From Planctomycetota bacterium (GTDB taxonomy: Bacteria > Planctomycetota > GCA-002687715 > CAIWVZ01), in NCBI GenBank assembly GCA_044222185.1, contig JBGANV010000001.1, positions 32,001 to 96,000 on the forward strand: a stretch of DNA of 64,000 nt. Direction: 5' to 3'. This document shows positions 37,203-46,388 of the stretch, piece by piece. Numbering within the stretch: the first letter of the stretch is position 1; every line of letters starts with the position of its first letter. The position numbers were made by a program, and so were the translations under genes. The notes under the pieces were generated by a model. It made no database searches, was not told the DNA's origin, and saw nothing but the letters and a program-made list of their open reading frames with translations.

Positions 37203-38932
37203 GTCGCCTCGCGAGCGTCGTCGACCGCGTCGGGACGCTCGCCGTCCTGGCGGTCCTGCTCGCGGGGACGTTCGCCCTGCGCCTGAAGGGCGTGGGGCAC
37301 ACCGCACTCGGCATCGACGAGAGCTGTCATGCGATCGTCGCGCGGTCGCTGCTCGACGACCCGTTCCGGCCGATGCTCTACCGCGAGGACAGCGTCTTCG
37401 CCGATCGTTTGAGCTGGATCCACGGAACCGTCTGGCTTCACAAGCCCATCCTCCCGCTCTGGACGATCGCGGCGTCGTACGCGGCCCTCGGCGTCGACAC
37501 GTTCGCCCTGCGGTTTCCGTCGGTGGTCCTCGCGACGGCGTGCGTCCTCATCACGTACTTCATCGGTCGCGAGCTCTTTGGCCGGCGCGCGGGTCTGGTC
37601 GCCGCCGCGATCCAGGCCGTGGATCCGTGTCTCCAGACCTTGGTGGACGGACGCGTGTTCTCGGACCACGTCGACGTCTCACTCCTTTTCTGGACCGAAG
37701 TCTCCATCCTCTTCCTCCTTCGGGCCTGGCGGACGGGCCGGACCCGGGACGCTGCGATCGCGGGTGCGGCGGCGGGAGCCGCCTATCTCTCCAAGTACTT
37801 CCTCGGGTTCCTCTCGCCCGGGCTTGCCCTGGTGTTGTGGTTCGCGACGCGGCGTGGTCTGCGGCGGGACGGCGCCGCGGGATTCTGCGGGCGCCAGCTC
37901 GGCGTGATGGCCGGCGGAGCCGTCGCCGTCGCCGGGCCGTGGGTCTCGAGTTGTCTCGTCCGGTTCCGCGAACTGTTCGTCCACGAACACGTCTACGCAC
38001 TCGCGCACATCGCCGAAGCGAAGGAGAAGTGGGACGCGCCGTGGGATCGGCTCGTGTTCGACTACGCGCCGTTCGTGCTCGGGTTCGCCTACACCGCCGT
38101 GGCGTGCGCCGCGCTCGTAGGCACGGTCCGGATGTGGAAGAACCGCGTTCCCGAACTCGGGTTCACGTTGCTTTGGGGCGTCGCGGTCCTCGTCCCGCAT
38201 CTGGTGGCGACCACGAAGACGCCGACGGCGACGCTGATCGCGGCGCCCGCGGCGTTCGTACTCGTGGGGTGGCTCGTCGTACGCGCGATCGAGGGAGACG
38301 AACTCGCCGTTGCCGCGAATCTCGGGTTCGGACTGGCGTCGTTCCTCGTCCGGCAGCCGCATCCCGTGATCCGCCGCGGTGCGCCCGAGGCTGGGGGCTT
38401 CTGCGCCGTACTGGCCGAGCAGCCGTGGATCTGGAAGCAATGGGCGGTGGCCGCCGTCGCCGGGGTGGGGATCCTGGCGGCCGCGCGCATCAGGCGACGA
38501 CTGCGCCTGGGCGATGGCGCACGTCGGGTTGCGCTCGTGGCGATGGGGCTCGGCGTCCTCGGGAGCCTCGGCTGGATCGGGTGGCGGGATCTCCGCGACT
38601 CACGTCAGGTCGGCCGCTACCGCGAGGACACGCCGGACTTCCGTGCGACGGGGCTGTGGCTCGCGGATCACGTGCCGGACGACGCGGTCGTCCTGTTCGA
38701 CTCGACGGCCGCCGGCGAGCAGCTGAAAGCCACCTTCTGGAGCGGGCGGGAATGCAGGGCGCTGCGCGGCATCCCCATGGCGAAGGCCGTCTCGCGGATC
38801 CGGGCTGCGGGGCGAAAGGCCTATCTCGTGAGCGCTCGACCCCAGGGATTCCCCGAGCTTTTCCGCGCCGAGGGCGATGGCCGGGCTGTCTTCGAGATCC
38901 CCGAGACGGCCACGTTCCCAAGCCGCAAGTAG
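37163..38932 (+). CDS. ArnT/PMT-like (GT39/GT83) membrane glycosyltransferase
   Basis: IDESCH...ARS, HKPILPLW, FALRFPS, A.LSKY; many TMs; start uncertain. Confidence 0.8.
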   Translation: MGRAGVDAQTQGLSRLASVVDRVGTLAVLAVLLAGTFALRLKGVGHTALGIDESCHAIVARSLLDDPFRPMLYREDSVFADRLSWIHGTVWLHKPILPLWTIAASYAALGVDTFALRFPSVVLATACVLITYFIGRELFGRRAGLVAAAIQAVDPCLQTLVDGRVFSDHVDVSLLFWTEVSILFLLRAWRTGRTRDAAIAGAAAGAAYLSKYFLGFLSPGLALVLWFATRRGLRRDGAAGFCGRQLGVMAGGAVAVAGPWVSSCLVRFRELFVHEHVYALAHIAEAKEKWDAPWDRLVFDYAPFVLGFAYTAVACAALVGTVRMWKNRVPELGFTLLWGVAVLVPHLVATTKTPTATLIAAPAAFVLVGWLVVRAIEGDELAVAANLGFGLASFLVRQPHPVIRRGAPEAGGFCAVLAEQPWIWKQWAVAAVAGVGILAAARIRRRLRLGDGARRVALVAMGLGVLGSLGWIGWRDLRDSRQVGRYREDTPDFRATGLWLADHVPDDAVVLFDSTAAGEQLKATFWSGRECRALRGIPMAKAVSRIRAAGRKAYLVSARPQGFPELFRAEGDGRAVFEIPETATFPSRK

Positions 38933-39124
38933 CCGTCTTGCCGGGGGCTGCGCGCTTGAACGGGCGTCGCCCTCATCGTATTCAGGTGGCCTCAACGGTT
39001 GGCTCTGGGGAGCGCTCTGTCCCATGGCTGCCGTTCGGCCGGCACCCGCCGGCTCCGCGGCCGACCCCGGTTGGCCGCCCACGTCCCGACCGCACGATCG
39101 TGCGGAGGAAGGAACGAGAGCGAC

Positions 39125-41068
39125 ATGTCCGACCGCGCCTCGAGCGCTGCCGTCACTGTCACACTGCCGGATGGCAGGTCGATGGAGGTTCCGTACGGCG
39201 CGACCATTCGCGACGTCGCCTTCAAGATCGGCCCGGGCCTCGGCAAGGCTTGCCTCGGTGGGAAGCTGGACGGCAGCAAGGAAGTCCTCGACCTTCGCTA
39301 CCCGGTGACCAGGAACTGCAAGATCGAGATCGTCACGGACAAGACGCCGGACGGGCTCTCGGTCATCCGCCACTCGGCTTCGCACATCATGGCCGATGCC
39401 ATCTGCAAGCTGTGGCCATCGGTCAAGCTCACGATCGGCCCCGCGACCGACGAGGGCTTCTACTACGACATCGACCTCGACACGAAGCTCACGCCTGACG
39501 ACCTCCCGCGCATCGAGGAGGAGATGGCGAAGATCATCGCCGCCGACACTCCGTTCGAGCGGTGCGCCATCGAGCGCCAGGAGGCGTTGAAGACCTTCGC
39601 GGCGGCGGGGGAGAAGTACAAGGTCGAGCTGATCGAAGGGTTCGACCCCAACGACGAGGTGTCGATCTATCGCCACGGCAACGGCGCCTTCCAGGATCTG
39701 TGTCGCGGCCCTCACGTGCCGAGCACGGGCTACATCAAGGCGTACAAGCTGCTCACGCTCGCGGGCGCATACTGGCGCGGCAGCGAGAAGAACAAGATGC
39801 TCCAGCGCATCTACGGCACCGCCTACGCGAACAAGGCGGACCTGGAAGCGACGCTCAAGCATCTCGAAGAGGCGAAGGCGCGCGATCACCGCAAGCTCGG
39901 CAAGGAACTCGGGCTGTTCATGATGAACCCCATCGCTCCTGCGAGCCCGTTCTTCCTCCCGAAGGGTGCGGTCATCTACAACAAGCTCCAGGAGTACATG
40001 CGCGACCTCTACCGTCGCTATGGCTACCAGGAGGTCATCTCGCCCCAGGTCTTCGACGTGGGCCTCTTCCGTCAGTCGGGCCACCTCGCCCACTACAAGG
40101 AGAACATGTACTTCATGCGGCAGGACGAACAGGAGTTCGCCCTGAAGCCCATGAACTGCCCGGGGCACACCTACGTCTTCGCCAACGAGAAGCGCTCGTA
40201 CCGCGAGCTTCCGCTGCGGATCGCCGACTTCGGGCGGCTCCACCGCTACGAGCGGTCGGGCGTCACGGGCGGACTGACTCGCGTGCGGACCTTCTGCCAG
40301 GACGACGCTCACATCTTCGCGTCACCGGATCAGATCAAGGGCGAGATCAAGTCGCTCCTCGAGATGATCATGTCGACGTACGCGCTGTTCGGCTTCGGCG
40401 TTCCCAAGGTGTTCCTCTCGACGCGACCCGAGTCGCGCCTGGGATCGGACGCCCTGTGGGATCAGGCGGAGTCGGGCCTCGCGGGCGCGCTCACCGAGAA
40501 CGACGTGGCCTTCACGGTGAATCCCGGCGACGGCGCGTTCTACGGCCCGAAGATCGACTTCATCGTGAAGGACGCCATCGACCGCGACTGGCAGCTCGGC
40601 ACGATCCAGCTCGACTTCCAGCTTCCCGAACGCTTCGACCTGAAGTTCACGACCGCCACGGATTCCGAGGCGCGGCCCGTGATGATCCACCGGGCGATCC
40701 TCGGGTCACTCGAGCGCTTCATCGGGATCCTGATCGAGCAGTGCTCGGGGAACTTCCCGTTCTGGATCGCGCCCGTTCAGGCCCGGATCCTCACGATCTC
40801 GGAGAAGCAGGTGGATTTCGCGCAGGCCGTCCACCGTCGCCTCACCGAGATGAAGTTCCGCGTCGAGATCGACATCTCGAACGACAAGATCGGGGCCAAG
40901 ATTCGCGAGGCGCGGCTGGTACGGATCCCGTACCTGCTCGTCGCAGGCGATCGCGAGGTCCAGACCCAATCGCTCGCGGTCCGCGAGCGTCCGGAGAAGG
41001 ACCTGGGAACGATGAGCGTCGACCAGGTGGTCGCGTTCTTCACTGAGCTCGAAAGGAGCAAGAAGTGA
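39125..41068 (+). CDS. thrS: Threonyl-tRNA synthetase
   Basis: TGS domain, RHSASH, DLCRGPH, RDHRKLG, KPMNCPGH, GAFYGPKIDF. Confidence 0.98.
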   Translation: MSDRASSAAVTVTLPDGRSMEVPYGATIRDVAFKIGPGLGKACLGGKLDGSKEVLDLRYPVTRNCKIEIVTDKTPDGLSVIRHSASHIMADAICKLWPSVKLTIGPATDEGFYYDIDLDTKLTPDDLPRIEEEMAKIIAADTPFERCAIERQEALKTFAAAGEKYKVELIEGFDPNDEVSIYRHGNGAFQDLCRGPHVPSTGYIKAYKLLTLAGAYWRGSEKNKMLQRIYGTAYANKADLEATLKHLEEAKARDHRKLGKELGLFMMNPIAPASPFFLPKGAVIYNKLQEYMRDLYRRYGYQEVISPQVFDVGLFRQSGHLAHYKENMYFMRQDEQEFALKPMNCPGHTYVFANEKRSYRELPLRIADFGRLHRYERSGVTGGLTRVRTFCQDDAHIFASPDQIKGEIKSLLEMIMSTYALFGFGVPKVFLSTRPESRLGSDALWDQAESGLAGALTENDVAFTVNPGDGAFYGPKIDFIVKDAIDRDWQLGTIQLDFQLPERFDLKFTTATDSEARPVMIHRAILGSLERFIGILIEQCSGNFPFWIAPVQARILTISEKQVDFAQAVHRRLTEMKFRVEIDISNDKIGAKIREARLVRIPYLLVAGDREVQTQSLAVRERPEKDLGTMSVDQVVAFFTELERSKK

Positions 41069-41099
41069 TGCTGAAGCTCGCTGTTGAGGTGGAAGTCCG

Positions 41100-41642
41100 T
41101 TGAGTCGCCCCTGGGAAAGCCGCAGCGCGCCGCCGGCGCGCAATCGCGTCAACCTGCAGATCCGCGTCCCCGAGGTGCGCCTTTTGGGACCGGAGAACGA
41201 GCAGCTCGGAGTCATGTCGAGCGATCAGGCTCGCATCATGGCCCGCGAGCGCGGCCTCGACCTGGTCGAGATCTCGCCGACGGCGGTTCCGCCCGTCTGC
41301 AAGATCATGGACTTCGGCAAGTTCAAATACGAGCAGAAGAAGAAAGAGAACGAAGCCCGCAAGCGCCAGCACACCATCACGGTGAAGGAGCTGCGCATGC
41401 GGACACGCACGGACGCCAACGACGTGGACGTCAAGATGAAGAAGGCACGCGAGTTCCTCGAGGAGGGGGACAAGGTGAGCTTCTACGTCATGTTCCGCGG
41501 CCGTGAGGTCGTCCACCCCGAGATCGGCGCCGAGCTCCTGCGACGCGTCGCGGCCGGGTTGCAGGACGTGGGCAAGATCGAGCGCCCGCCGAAGCTCGAC
41601 GGCAAGCGGATGACCATGATCATCACGCCCGCCAAACGCTGA
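41100..41642 (+). CDS. infC: Translation initiation factor IF-3
   Basis: LDLVEISP...PPVCKIMDFGKFKYE, FL.EGDKV, FRGRE; non-AUG (TTG) start. Confidence 0.96.
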   Translation: MSRPWESRSAPPARNRVNLQIRVPEVRLLGPENEQLGVMSSDQARIMARERGLDLVEISPTAVPPVCKIMDFGKFKYEQKKKENEARKRQHTITVKELRMRTRTDANDVDVKMKKAREFLEEGDKVSFYVMFRGREVVHPEIGAELLRRVAAGLQDVGKIERPPKLDGKRMTMIITPAKR

Positions 41643-41713
41643 TCACGGATCGAATGATCGATCGCAATGCGCCGGCGGGCGGTCACCCGCACGCCGGCGA
41701 AGGATGAATGGAC

Positions 41714-41908
41714 ATGCCCAAGCTGAAGACGAAGAAGTCCGCCAAGAAGCGGTTCAAGGTGACGAAGTCAGGCAAGATCCTGCGCACGCGCGCGGGCAAG
41801 AGCCACTTGATGGTGGGCACGCGCAGCAAGACGGTGCGCAAGCTCCGCCGGAAGGGTCAGGTCCACGACGCCGACCTCCCGAGCGTCCGTCAGATGCTTC
41901 GCGTCTGA
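41714..41908 (+). CDS. rpmI: 50S ribosomal protein L35
   Basis: MPKLKTKKSAKKRFKVTKSGK. Confidence 0.96.
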   Translation: MPKLKTKKSAKKRFKVTKSGKILRTRAGKSHLMVGTRSKTVRKLRRKGQVHDADLPSVRQMLRV

Positions 41909-41991
41909 CGATTGGCAACGAAGGCCCGACCCACGAATCAACACGGAGTGCGCGCCACACACACGGCCGCACCTGACCTGGAGACAGATCC

Positions 41992-42339
41992 ATGAGAGTG
42001 ACCAACGCGGTTGCGCGCAGGAAGCGCCACAAGAAGGTGTTCAAGGCAGCCAAGGGTTATCGCGGCGGCCGGCACCGCCTCTACCGGACGGCGAAGGAAA
42101 CCCTGCGTCGCGCAGGCGCCTTCGCCTTCGTCCACCGCCGGCAGAAGAAGCGCACCTTCCGCTCCCTCTGGATCGTCCGCATCAACGCGGCCTGCCGCGC
42201 CCAGGACATCACCTATTCCCAGTTCATGGCGGGCCTGAAGAAGGCCGGTGTGGTGATCAACCGCAAGCAGCTCTCCGAGCTCGCGATCAACGATCCGGCC
42301 GGGTTTACGACCCTCGTTGCGACGGCACGAGGCAAGTGA
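41992..42339 (+). CDS. rplT: 50S ribosomal protein L20
   Basis: AKGYRG, FRSLWIVRINAA, YSQFM.GL, INRKQLSELA. Confidence 0.97.
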   Translation: MRVTNAVARRKRHKKVFKAAKGYRGGRHRLYRTAKETLRRAGAFAFVHRRQKKRTFRSLWIVRINAACRAQDITYSQFMAGLKKAGVVINRKQLSELAINDPAGFTTLVATARGK

Positions 42340-42439
42340 ACCCTGATCGGAGGCGCTGCGCCTCCGACTGTCGGCTCCCCGCGCACGGCCAGGAAGAGGG
42401 CCGTGCGCGCGCGGGACATCGCGCGCGAGAGTTGTTCCC

Positions 42440-43435
42440 ATGACCACAGACCCTTTCGCCCAGGTGCGCGAGGCACTCGCGGCCGGGCGCGCGGCGCTGG
42501 AATCCGCGTCCACCCCCGACGAGCTCGAAGCGGCGCGGCAGGCGTACCTCGGAAAGAAAGGCCGCGTGCCCGCCCTGATGGAACTGATCAAGGGCGTCGC
42601 CGGGCCCGACCGACCGCGCTTCGGGCAGGAAGTCAACGGCCTGAAGAGCGCGCTCACCGAGCTCGCGGAAGCGCGCCGCGGCGTCCTCGGCAAGCCGCCC
42701 GAAGTCGTGAAGCCGCAAGTCGACCTCACGTTGCCGGGGCGCCGTCCGGTCCCCGGCGCGTTGCATCCGATCTCCAAGGTCGCCCGGGAGATCGTCCGTG
42801 TCTTCGGCACACTCGGGTTCGAAGAGACGGACGGCCCGGAGATCGAGGACGAGTTCCACAACTTCGTCGCGTTGAACATCCCGGCGAACCACCCGGCGCG
42901 TGACGAGACCGAGAACTTCTACCTGAGCGAGAGCCGGCTCTTGCGGAGCCAGACGTCCACCGTCCAGATCCGGACGCTGGAGTCCCGCCAGCCGCCGCTT
43001 CGCGTCGTGGCGCTGGGGCGGGTCTACCGGCCAGACACCGTCGACGCGACGCATCACTACATGTTCCACCAGATCGAAGGGCTCGCCGTGGACCGCGGCC
43101 TCACGCTCGCGGACCTCAAGTCGACGCTCCTCGTCTTCGTTCGGACGCTCTACGGCGACGACGTGGGCATCCGCCTGCGGCCGTCGTTCTTCCCGTTCAC
43201 GGAGCCGTCGGCCGAGATCGACGTGTACTTCCCCGATCGCGACAAGTTCGTCGAGATCGGCGGATGCGGCATGGTCGACCCCAACGTCTTCGAAGCGTGC
43301 AAGATGGACCCCGAGGTCTGGAGCGGGTTCGCGTTCGGCCTGGGCATCGAGCGCCTCGCCATGCGACGCTTCACCATCCCGGACATCCGGCGCCTGACGG
43401 AAAACGACGCGCGCTTCCTTCGCCAACTCGGCTGA
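42440..43435 (+). CDS. pheS: Phenylalanyl-tRNA synthetase alpha subunit
   Basis: NIPANHPARD, LLRSQTS, FHQIEGL, FFPFTEPS, GFAFGLGIER. Confidence 0.98.
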   Translation: MTTDPFAQVREALAAGRAALESASTPDELEAARQAYLGKKGRVPALMELIKGVAGPDRPRFGQEVNGLKSALTELAEARRGVLGKPPEVVKPQVDLTLPGRRPVPGALHPISKVAREIVRVFGTLGFEETDGPEIEDEFHNFVALNIPANHPARDETENFYLSESRLLRSQTSTVQIRTLESRQPPLRVVALGRVYRPDTVDATHHYMFHQIEGLAVDRGLTLADLKSTLLVFVRTLYGDDVGIRLRPSFFPFTEPSAEIDVYFPDRDKFVEIGGCGMVDPNVFEACKMDPEVWSGFAFGLGIERLAMRRFTIPDIRRLTENDARFLRQLG

Positions 43436-43450
43436 GAGGAGTGAGAGATC

Positions 43451-45466
43451 ATGAAAGCTCCTCTGAGCTGGCTGCGTGAACTCGTTCCCGATCTGAAGAG
43501 CTCGGCCAAGAAGGTGTCGGACCTCTTCACGTTCTCGGGAACGGAGGTGGAGGGAATCGAGAAGGTCGGTGACGACCAGGTGTTGCAGTGCGCCGTCACC
43601 AGCAACCGCGTGGACTGCCTGGGCATCATCGGTCTCGCCCGTGACCTCGCGGCCGTCTCCAAGAAGCCGCTCAAGCTGCCGTCGTTCGACGCGACGGCGA
43701 CGGGTGTTTCGACCCGCGATCGATTGCAGCTGCACGTGGAGGCGTCCGACTTCTGCCCGAGGTACGTCGCCTTGGTGATCGAGGGCCTGAAGGTCGGTCC
43801 CTCGCCGGAGTGGCTCGTCCGCCGGCTGGAGTCCATGGGGCAGAAGCCCATCAACAGCATCGTCGACGTCACGAACTACGTGCTGCTCGAGTGCAACCAG
43901 CCGCTCCATGCCTTCGACCTCGATCGGCTGCACGGCGGTCGGATCGTCGTCCGCCGTGCGCGGGCCGGCGAGAAGATCACGGCCTTGAACGGCAAGGTGT
44001 ACGACCTGGATGCCAGCATGGGTGCGATCTGCGATGCGGATCGCCCCGTGGCGATCGCGGGCGTGATGGGCGGGATGGAGACCTCCGTCACCGAATCGAC
44101 GCGCCGCATCGTGATCGAGAGCGCCTGGTTCGATCCGGCATCGATCCGCAAGACGTCGCGCAAGCTGGCGCTGCAGTCGGATTCGAGCTTCCGTTTCGAG
44201 CGCGGGATCGACCCGGACGGCATGGCGCGCAATGCCATGCGCGCGGCACGCCTCATTCTGGAGATCGCGGGCGGCAGCCTGTGCCGCGAGGCCATCGACT
44301 TCAACGAGGTTCGGAGGACTCCGCAGCCGATCACGCTCAGGCGCCAGCGCATCCGCAGCGTGACCGGCGTGAACGTCCCGTCCAAGCGGGTCGAAGAGAT
44401 CCTTCGTGCGCTGGAGTGCACCGCGACGCCCGCCGCGTCGAAGGACGTGTGGACGGTCGTCCCGCCGTCGTTCCGGGCGGACCTCGTGCGTGAGATCGAC
44501 CTGGTCGAGGAAGTGATCCGCATCGTCGGGCTCGAGAAGGTCAAGGAGAGCTCGGGGCTCCGTGTGATGACCGTCCGGCCGCATCCCGAGAAGAGCCTCG
44601 CCGAGTCCCTGCGCGATCGCTTCGTCGGGTACGGGTTCCTCGAAACCGTCACGCCCACGTTCGTCTGCGAAGGTGCCGAGGCCGGCGTCTCGTTCCTCAC
44701 GACGGGCGACGTGCTCCGCGCACGCAACCCCGTTCGCGCGGGCGAAGGCGTCATCCGACGCAGCCTCCTGCCGAGCCTGCTGCGCGTCCGTCAACACAAC
44801 CAGGATCAGGGCAACGACGGTCTGCGGTTCTTCGAGATCCACGCGGCCGCGTCCGACGTTCGCGGTCAGCCGCTGCCGGAGCGCGTTCCGCTCCTGGGGT
44901 TCCTCGTCGACGGCGACTTCCGCGATGGGCGGGGCGTAGTCGAATCGACGCTGGAATTCCTGGGGCTGTCTGTGACGATTGCGCCGTCGCGGTCACCGCA
45001 CCTCGAGGAGACGCACCAGGTCGAATTCCACGTCGACGGCGAGCGCCTCGGAATTCTCGGCGTGGTGGCCCGGTCGCTCGTCGACGAGTTCAAGCTGAAG
45101 CGTCCGCCGGTCTACGGCGAGATCGACTTGCGCAAGGTCCTTCCTCGCTGGGCGAAGGTCCGGACGTTCCAGGGGCTGCCGCGCTTTCCCGCCGTCGTGC
45201 GCGACTTCGCGTTCATCGTCGACGAGGCGCGTACGTTCGCGGAGATCGAGGAGACCGTGCGAGCGACGGGCATCGCCGAGCTCGAGTCACTTTCGTTCTT
45301 CGACGAGTACCGCGGGCAGCAGATCGGCGCGGGCAAGAAGAGCCTGGCGCTTTCGGTGGTGTTCCGGTCGGCGACCGGCACGCTGACGACGGCCGAGGTC
45401 GACGCCATGCACGCGAAGATCGTGTCGGCGGCAGCTTCACGCGTCGGCGCGAGGCTGCGCGGTTGA
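43451..45466 (+). CDS. pheT: Phenylalanyl-tRNA synthetase beta subunit (short form, no B2 OB-fold)
   Basis: SWLRE, NRVDCLG, QPLHAFD, RFERGID, FRADL.REIDLVEE, RDFAF, KKSLA; 671 aa. Confidence 0.96.
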   Translation: MKAPLSWLRELVPDLKSSAKKVSDLFTFSGTEVEGIEKVGDDQVLQCAVTSNRVDCLGIIGLARDLAAVSKKPLKLPSFDATATGVSTRDRLQLHVEASDFCPRYVALVIEGLKVGPSPEWLVRRLESMGQKPINSIVDVTNYVLLECNQPLHAFDLDRLHGGRIVVRRARAGEKITALNGKVYDLDASMGAICDADRPVAIAGVMGGMETSVTESTRRIVIESAWFDPASIRKTSRKLALQSDSSFRFERGIDPDGMARNAMRAARLILEIAGGSLCREAIDFNEVRRTPQPITLRRQRIRSVTGVNVPSKRVEEILRALECTATPAASKDVWTVVPPSFRADLVREIDLVEEVIRIVGLEKVKESSGLRVMTVRPHPEKSLAESLRDRFVGYGFLETVTPTFVCEGAEAGVSFLTTGDVLRARNPVRAGEGVIRRSLLPSLLRVRQHNQDQGNDGLRFFEIHAAASDVRGQPLPERVPLLGFLVDGDFRDGRGVVESTLEFLGLSVTIAPSRSPHLEETHQVEFHVDGERLGILGVVARSLVDEFKLKRPPVYGEIDLRKVLPRWAKVRTFQGLPRFPAVVRDFAFIVDEARTFAEIEETVRATGIAELESLSFFDEYRGQQIGAGKKSLALSVVFRSATGTLTTAEVDAMHAKIVSAAASRVGARLRG

Positions 45467-45514
45467 AACAGATCCCGCGCGATCGGTACCGGTCGCGCGG
45501 GTGCTGTCAATGCC

Positions 45515-45544
45515 TTGACGAGGCGCGCAGCCGCGCGCCATACT
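45515..45544 (+). promoter_or_regulatory. Putative sigma70 promoter of the 6S RNA
   Basis: TTGACG-18 bp-CATACT, ~7 nt before the predicted RNA 5' end. Confidence 0.6.
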
Positions 45545-45550
45545 CCTGGC

Positions 45551-45724
45551 GCATCTGCCATGTTCGTCATGGTCAATCGCTCTCTTCCCTATGCATGTTC
45601 TCTCGGGGGCCACATCGGCCGTTCAAGCTCACGCCTTCGCGAAAGGTAGGGCTTCGCCGGCGGAGGGCTCCCACGTTTCAAAGCGGGCTAGAGGGCCCCT
45701 ACCAAACGGCATTGCGGTGGATGC
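45551..45724 (+). ncRNA. ssrS: Probable 6S RNA
   Basis: ~174 nt downstream of pheT; ends pair (GCATC..GATGC; TGCCATGTTCG..AAACGGCA); own promoter and terminator. Confidence 0.7.
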
Positions 45725-45728
45725 ACAT

Positions 45729-45772
45729 TGAGGGACCCTGCGGTCTTTGGGCCGTTGGGTCCTTCAGTTTTT
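45729..45772 (+). terminator. Rho-independent terminator
   Basis: TGAGGGACCC...GGGTCCTTCA stem followed by GTTTTT. Confidence 0.75.
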
Positions 45773-45841
45773 CCAGGCTGGCTCTGCGGGCCACGCGCGC
45801 GGCCGGGTGGAGCGGCGCTCCGCGAGCGGCGCTAATTTGGG

Positions 45842-46294
45842 CTATTCGAGGAGCGCAGGACCGGAGCCGTCGCATGCCGTCGTCGAGCCGCTCGAGGCGA
45901 AGACGATCATCCAGCGGTTGGCGGATGCGTCGAAGGGCCGTTCGAACAGAGCTCCCGTCTCCCGGTTTCGCACGGTGATCGTCCACCTCCCCGGCGGGAG
46001 GGACGACGCGATCTGTGCCTGCGCGGCCGGATCTCCGCCGAGGCTCGGGTCCGGCATCTCGCGGCGGGGGCACGGCACGAGGACGTTTTCCGCGATCCGG
46101 ATGGTCGATGCGGCGTCCACGTTCGAGGCGACCACGTCGACGTGGACGTCGTGGTCGAAGCCGCTCCAGATTTGAACGCCCATGGGCTCCTCGCCGGCAA
46201 ACGCGGGCCTCACGTAGCCTGGTTCGGGCGCGATGGCGCACGAAAGTGCGGCGAAGACGACGGCGGGCGCGAACGCGAGGCGTGGCGACATCAT
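45842..46294 (-). CDS. Hypothetical exported/lipoprotein
   Basis: MMSPRLAFAPAVVFAALSC signal/lipobox-like; GGAG upstream; no family recognised. Confidence 0.45.
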   Translation of the reverse strand: MMSPRLAFAPAVVFAALSCAIAPEPGYVRPAFAGEEPMGVQIWSGFDHDVHVDVVASNVDAASTIRIAENVLVPCPRREMPDPSLGGDPAAQAQIASSLPPGRWTITVRNRETGALFERPFDASANRWMIVFASSGSTTACDGSGPALLE

Positions 46295-46388
46295 TCCGGC
46301 TCCGAAATCCGGGTTGGCTCCATGGGCCGCAAGCGTACACGACCGGTGGCCCCCGAACCGCACCCCGACGCGGCTCGGGCGCCGATGT

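Noticed and set aside
41100-41102. Non-AUG start of infC as a novelty
   Set aside because: Non-canonical infC starts are well known autoregulatory features
42347-42367. Palindrome after rplT as a pheS attenuator or T-box
   Set aside because: No Phe-rich leader peptide, T-box motif or U-tract is visible; the spacer is only 100 bp
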